The notes below the pieces were generated by a model that was given only the letters and a program-made list of their open reading frames with translations, was not told where the DNA came from and made no database searches. Source: Piromyces finnis finn (taxonomy: Eukaryota; Fungi; Neocallimastigomycota). From it: a stretch of DNA of 64,000 nucleotides. The stretch is from positions 794,915 to 858,914 of the forward strand of contig MCFH01000018.1 of the NCBI GenBank assembly GCA_002104945.1, in the 5' to 3' direction. A program made the translations under genes and the position numbers. Shown one piece after another: positions 61,239 through 64,000 of this stretch; positions within the stretch are counted from its first letter, which is position 1, and the number at the start of each line of letters is the position of its first letter.

Positions 61239-62869
61239 CTTAATTTCTCATTACGTTTTTACTTTTTTTTTGTTTGTTTGTTTCAATTTCAAGATCAATT
61301 ACTAAATTGTTTCAATATTATATTTAATAGTATTGGTATTATAATAATTAAAAATATATAAAGGTAAATAATATTTTTTTTGAATAATATATTACTGTAC
61401 AGTGTGTCAATTTCTTTTTATCTAGCATTGGCATATTTAACATAGTTGAATTTTATTAAAAATGAAAACTTCATCTCTTTTTTTTTTTTTAATATTATTC
61501 ATATAGAATGTAAAATGGACTTTCGATTGAACAAAATTAGTTATTCTTTTATATTTAAGATATATCATATTTTAAGTTTATTCATTATTTAATATTTATT
61601 TACAGAAATCCACTATATTTATATATAGAATTTATGACTCTCAATTTACTTAACATTCTTTTATATATTTCCAAATTACAAATAATAACATTTGTCTTGC
61701 TTTATATAAAACAAATACTTATTTCTTTAAACTTGTAACCCATATCAATGTATTTGTCACATGATATGACGATACTATGGATGATCCATATAAAATGAAT
61801 AATTTGTTCATTATTACTTTGGTAACACAATGATACAATAATAATAATCTTGTATTATTTATGTTACATTATTTTAAAATCTGTTACATTATTTTAGAAT
61901 ATATTTAACTTTTCATTGTGTTTGTTTTTCCTGTCTTTGACTTCTTCAACAGTGCATTAACTCTATGATAGATCTAATTGAGATTCTTATTTTTTTAAAT
62001 ATTCATAGTTAATATTTATTGAAGGAATTAATCCGTATTAAAGAGAGCAAGTTTATAATAATTTAATTGTGATTATAATAACTCAAATACATTAATTCTA
62101 TTCATGATTATCATAACCATTATCGATTTTTTGAAATTCTTTAAAAATCTAGACTTTTTTATTTATTTTTTTAAACAAATTAAAAAGTATATTAATTTTT
62201 TCAGGTTTAATGTATAATTAGTTGTAGTTATATAATAATTTATAATACAACTCTAAGATTATAATTGGTTTATATCTTGTATATATATAAAAAAGCAGAT
62301 GATGAATACAACTCTTCAAAATATAAAGTTTAATAATAAAATGATAAAGGAATAAACTTTTTTTTAAATTAATAATTATATACATACTACTGCTATTTTA
62401 CTGTATCAAAAAAAAAGTAATAGACATTATTATATATAAATAATATTTTTTTAAATTTCAATTTAACTATTAAATAATAGATATAAATAATTAAAATCTT
62501 TATAATGCTTAAATAAATAATCTTTACGAATTATTTTCTTTTTTTCTATTTTAATCTATATCATTATTTATCATTTTAAATCTATAAATGATATAATGAT
62601 AGAATACAGAAAGATAGAAAAATTAAGATTTTTCTAAATTTCTTTTCTTTCTTTCTTTTTCTTTTTTTTTTTTTTTTTTTGGTAATTCTATTAAAGTAAT
62701 AATTATCTTTGTATTTCATTTTTTTTTTATTTTTACAACTATATTACATTTTCTTGCTTCTTTATGTAATTTAGTTAATTTTATTTTTTGTGATATTTAA
62801 AGTTTTTTTGGAATTCAATTAATTTATTGAAATCCCAAAAATAATATGGATACAAAAGTATTTTTGGTC

Positions 62870-63693
62870 AAATTTTAATAACTTGATTCCCTTTTGAAAT
62901 TTCAATGTAATATACAATTTCATTATTACAAAAACTTTTATTACAATAGAGATTATTTTTTTAAAAAAAAAAAAATTTTATATAAATATATTTTTATTTT
63001 CTTGGAGTAAAAATATTTGTTGATTAAATCTATTCTTCTTTTTTCTCTTTCTTCGATTTCTTTACGTTTGTCATCTAAATATTGATTATAGGATATTTCT
63101 AAGCTTAATCCTTTTTTCTCTAAATACTTGTAGTTTTCATTATTAAGACAATCAAATTCACGTAAATAATTAAAGAATCAGCATTCACATAATGATAATA
63201 ATCTAATTCCGTATCTTGATCAGTACGACCACAATATCTGAAAAAACATAGTCCCAGATATCATCTACTTTACACCAGCTTCGGTAATATTCATAGTTTA
63301 AATCGGCTCCCTTTTCTATTAATAAATCGGCTATTTTAAAATTATTTTTAGCTATTGCTTCGAAAAGTGGTATTTTAAACGATTTATGGTGTTCTTTTAC
63401 TCCATAGTTTAATTCAGTATATGGTGTTTTTTCAATAATATATTTTATAATATCCAAAAAAGCATTATTCTTTATAGCATATATTAATATATCAAAAATT
63501 GGAATATCAAATGCTATAAACATTTTTTTTCAGGATTGGTAGCGTTCATACCATATAAATTGACTTTTTTTGTTTCAATATAATTTTTGAATCCATTAAA
63601 ATCATTTCTTTGAATAAATAAACACAGCTCAGGATTATTATCGCTATCATCAGTATGATAATTATTAAACATATTAAACATATCAAACATCAT
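62870..63693 (-). pseudogene. Frameshifted ankyrin-repeat gene remnant
   Basis: FDILIYAIKNN..LDIIKYII...IPLFEAIAKNNFKIADLLIEKGADLNY (ankyrin-like). The flanking homologous-looking segments IIQRNDFNGFKNYIE and FNYLREFDCLNNENYKYL lie in different frames. The 3' boundary is approximate. Confidence 0.7.
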
Positions 63694-64000
63694 TCAAAAT
63701 ATAAAGATAAAAGAAAAAAACTATTTGACTATAATTTTTTTAATAATTATTTTTTTCTCTTTAAATAAAGTAAATCAAAAAAAATTTTTTTTACAGAAAA
63801 TGGTTATAAAATGGTCATTAAATTGGTCGAAAAAAGAATGAATAGGAAACATTTAGATTACACGGAATGAGTATTATTTAATGAGTGTTATTGGAATGAA
63901 TACTATAGCAACACACACGTTTAATAACATCACTAGTTTTAATTATTTTTATATCGTATTACACAATAGTATGGTATAAAATAATTAAAAGAAAAAAAAA

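Overview
Extremely AT-rich, intron-dense eukaryotic DNA. Fungal genes (Tup1, Vac8) occur together with a flagellar SPEF1/SPATA4-type gene, poly-A/T tracts, long (AAT)n microsatellites and an ankyrin-repeat remnant. This combination points to an anaerobic gut fungus (Neocallimastigomycota; inference). By splicing exons manually I support 13 protein-coding loci. In order: an unknown 5' fragment at the left edge; a 5-exon SPEF1/SPATA4-like CH-domain gene absent from the ORF track; a ~1660-aa disordered orphan; an intronless divergent HSP70; Ras (coding frame also missed by the track); INCENP; ZW10; two tandem PAP2 lipid phosphate phosphatases; an F-box/LRR protein; CAF-1 p60 (Cac2); Tup1; and Vac8. 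There are also two decayed loci: an inverted HSP70 pseudogene and a frameshifted ankyrin-repeat gene. I saw no rRNA, tRNA, CRISPR array or intact transposon. The most interesting points are the non-canonical HSP70 facing its own decayed inverted copy, and lineage-specific changes in conserved motifs (Vac8 without Gly2, INCENP IN-box without the TSS-W tail, polybasic Ras tail). Also notable are A-tract 3' splice sites and a neighbourhood of mitotic/chromatin genes with an E2F/MCB-like site. No clearly novel multi-gene system could be proven from sequence alone.
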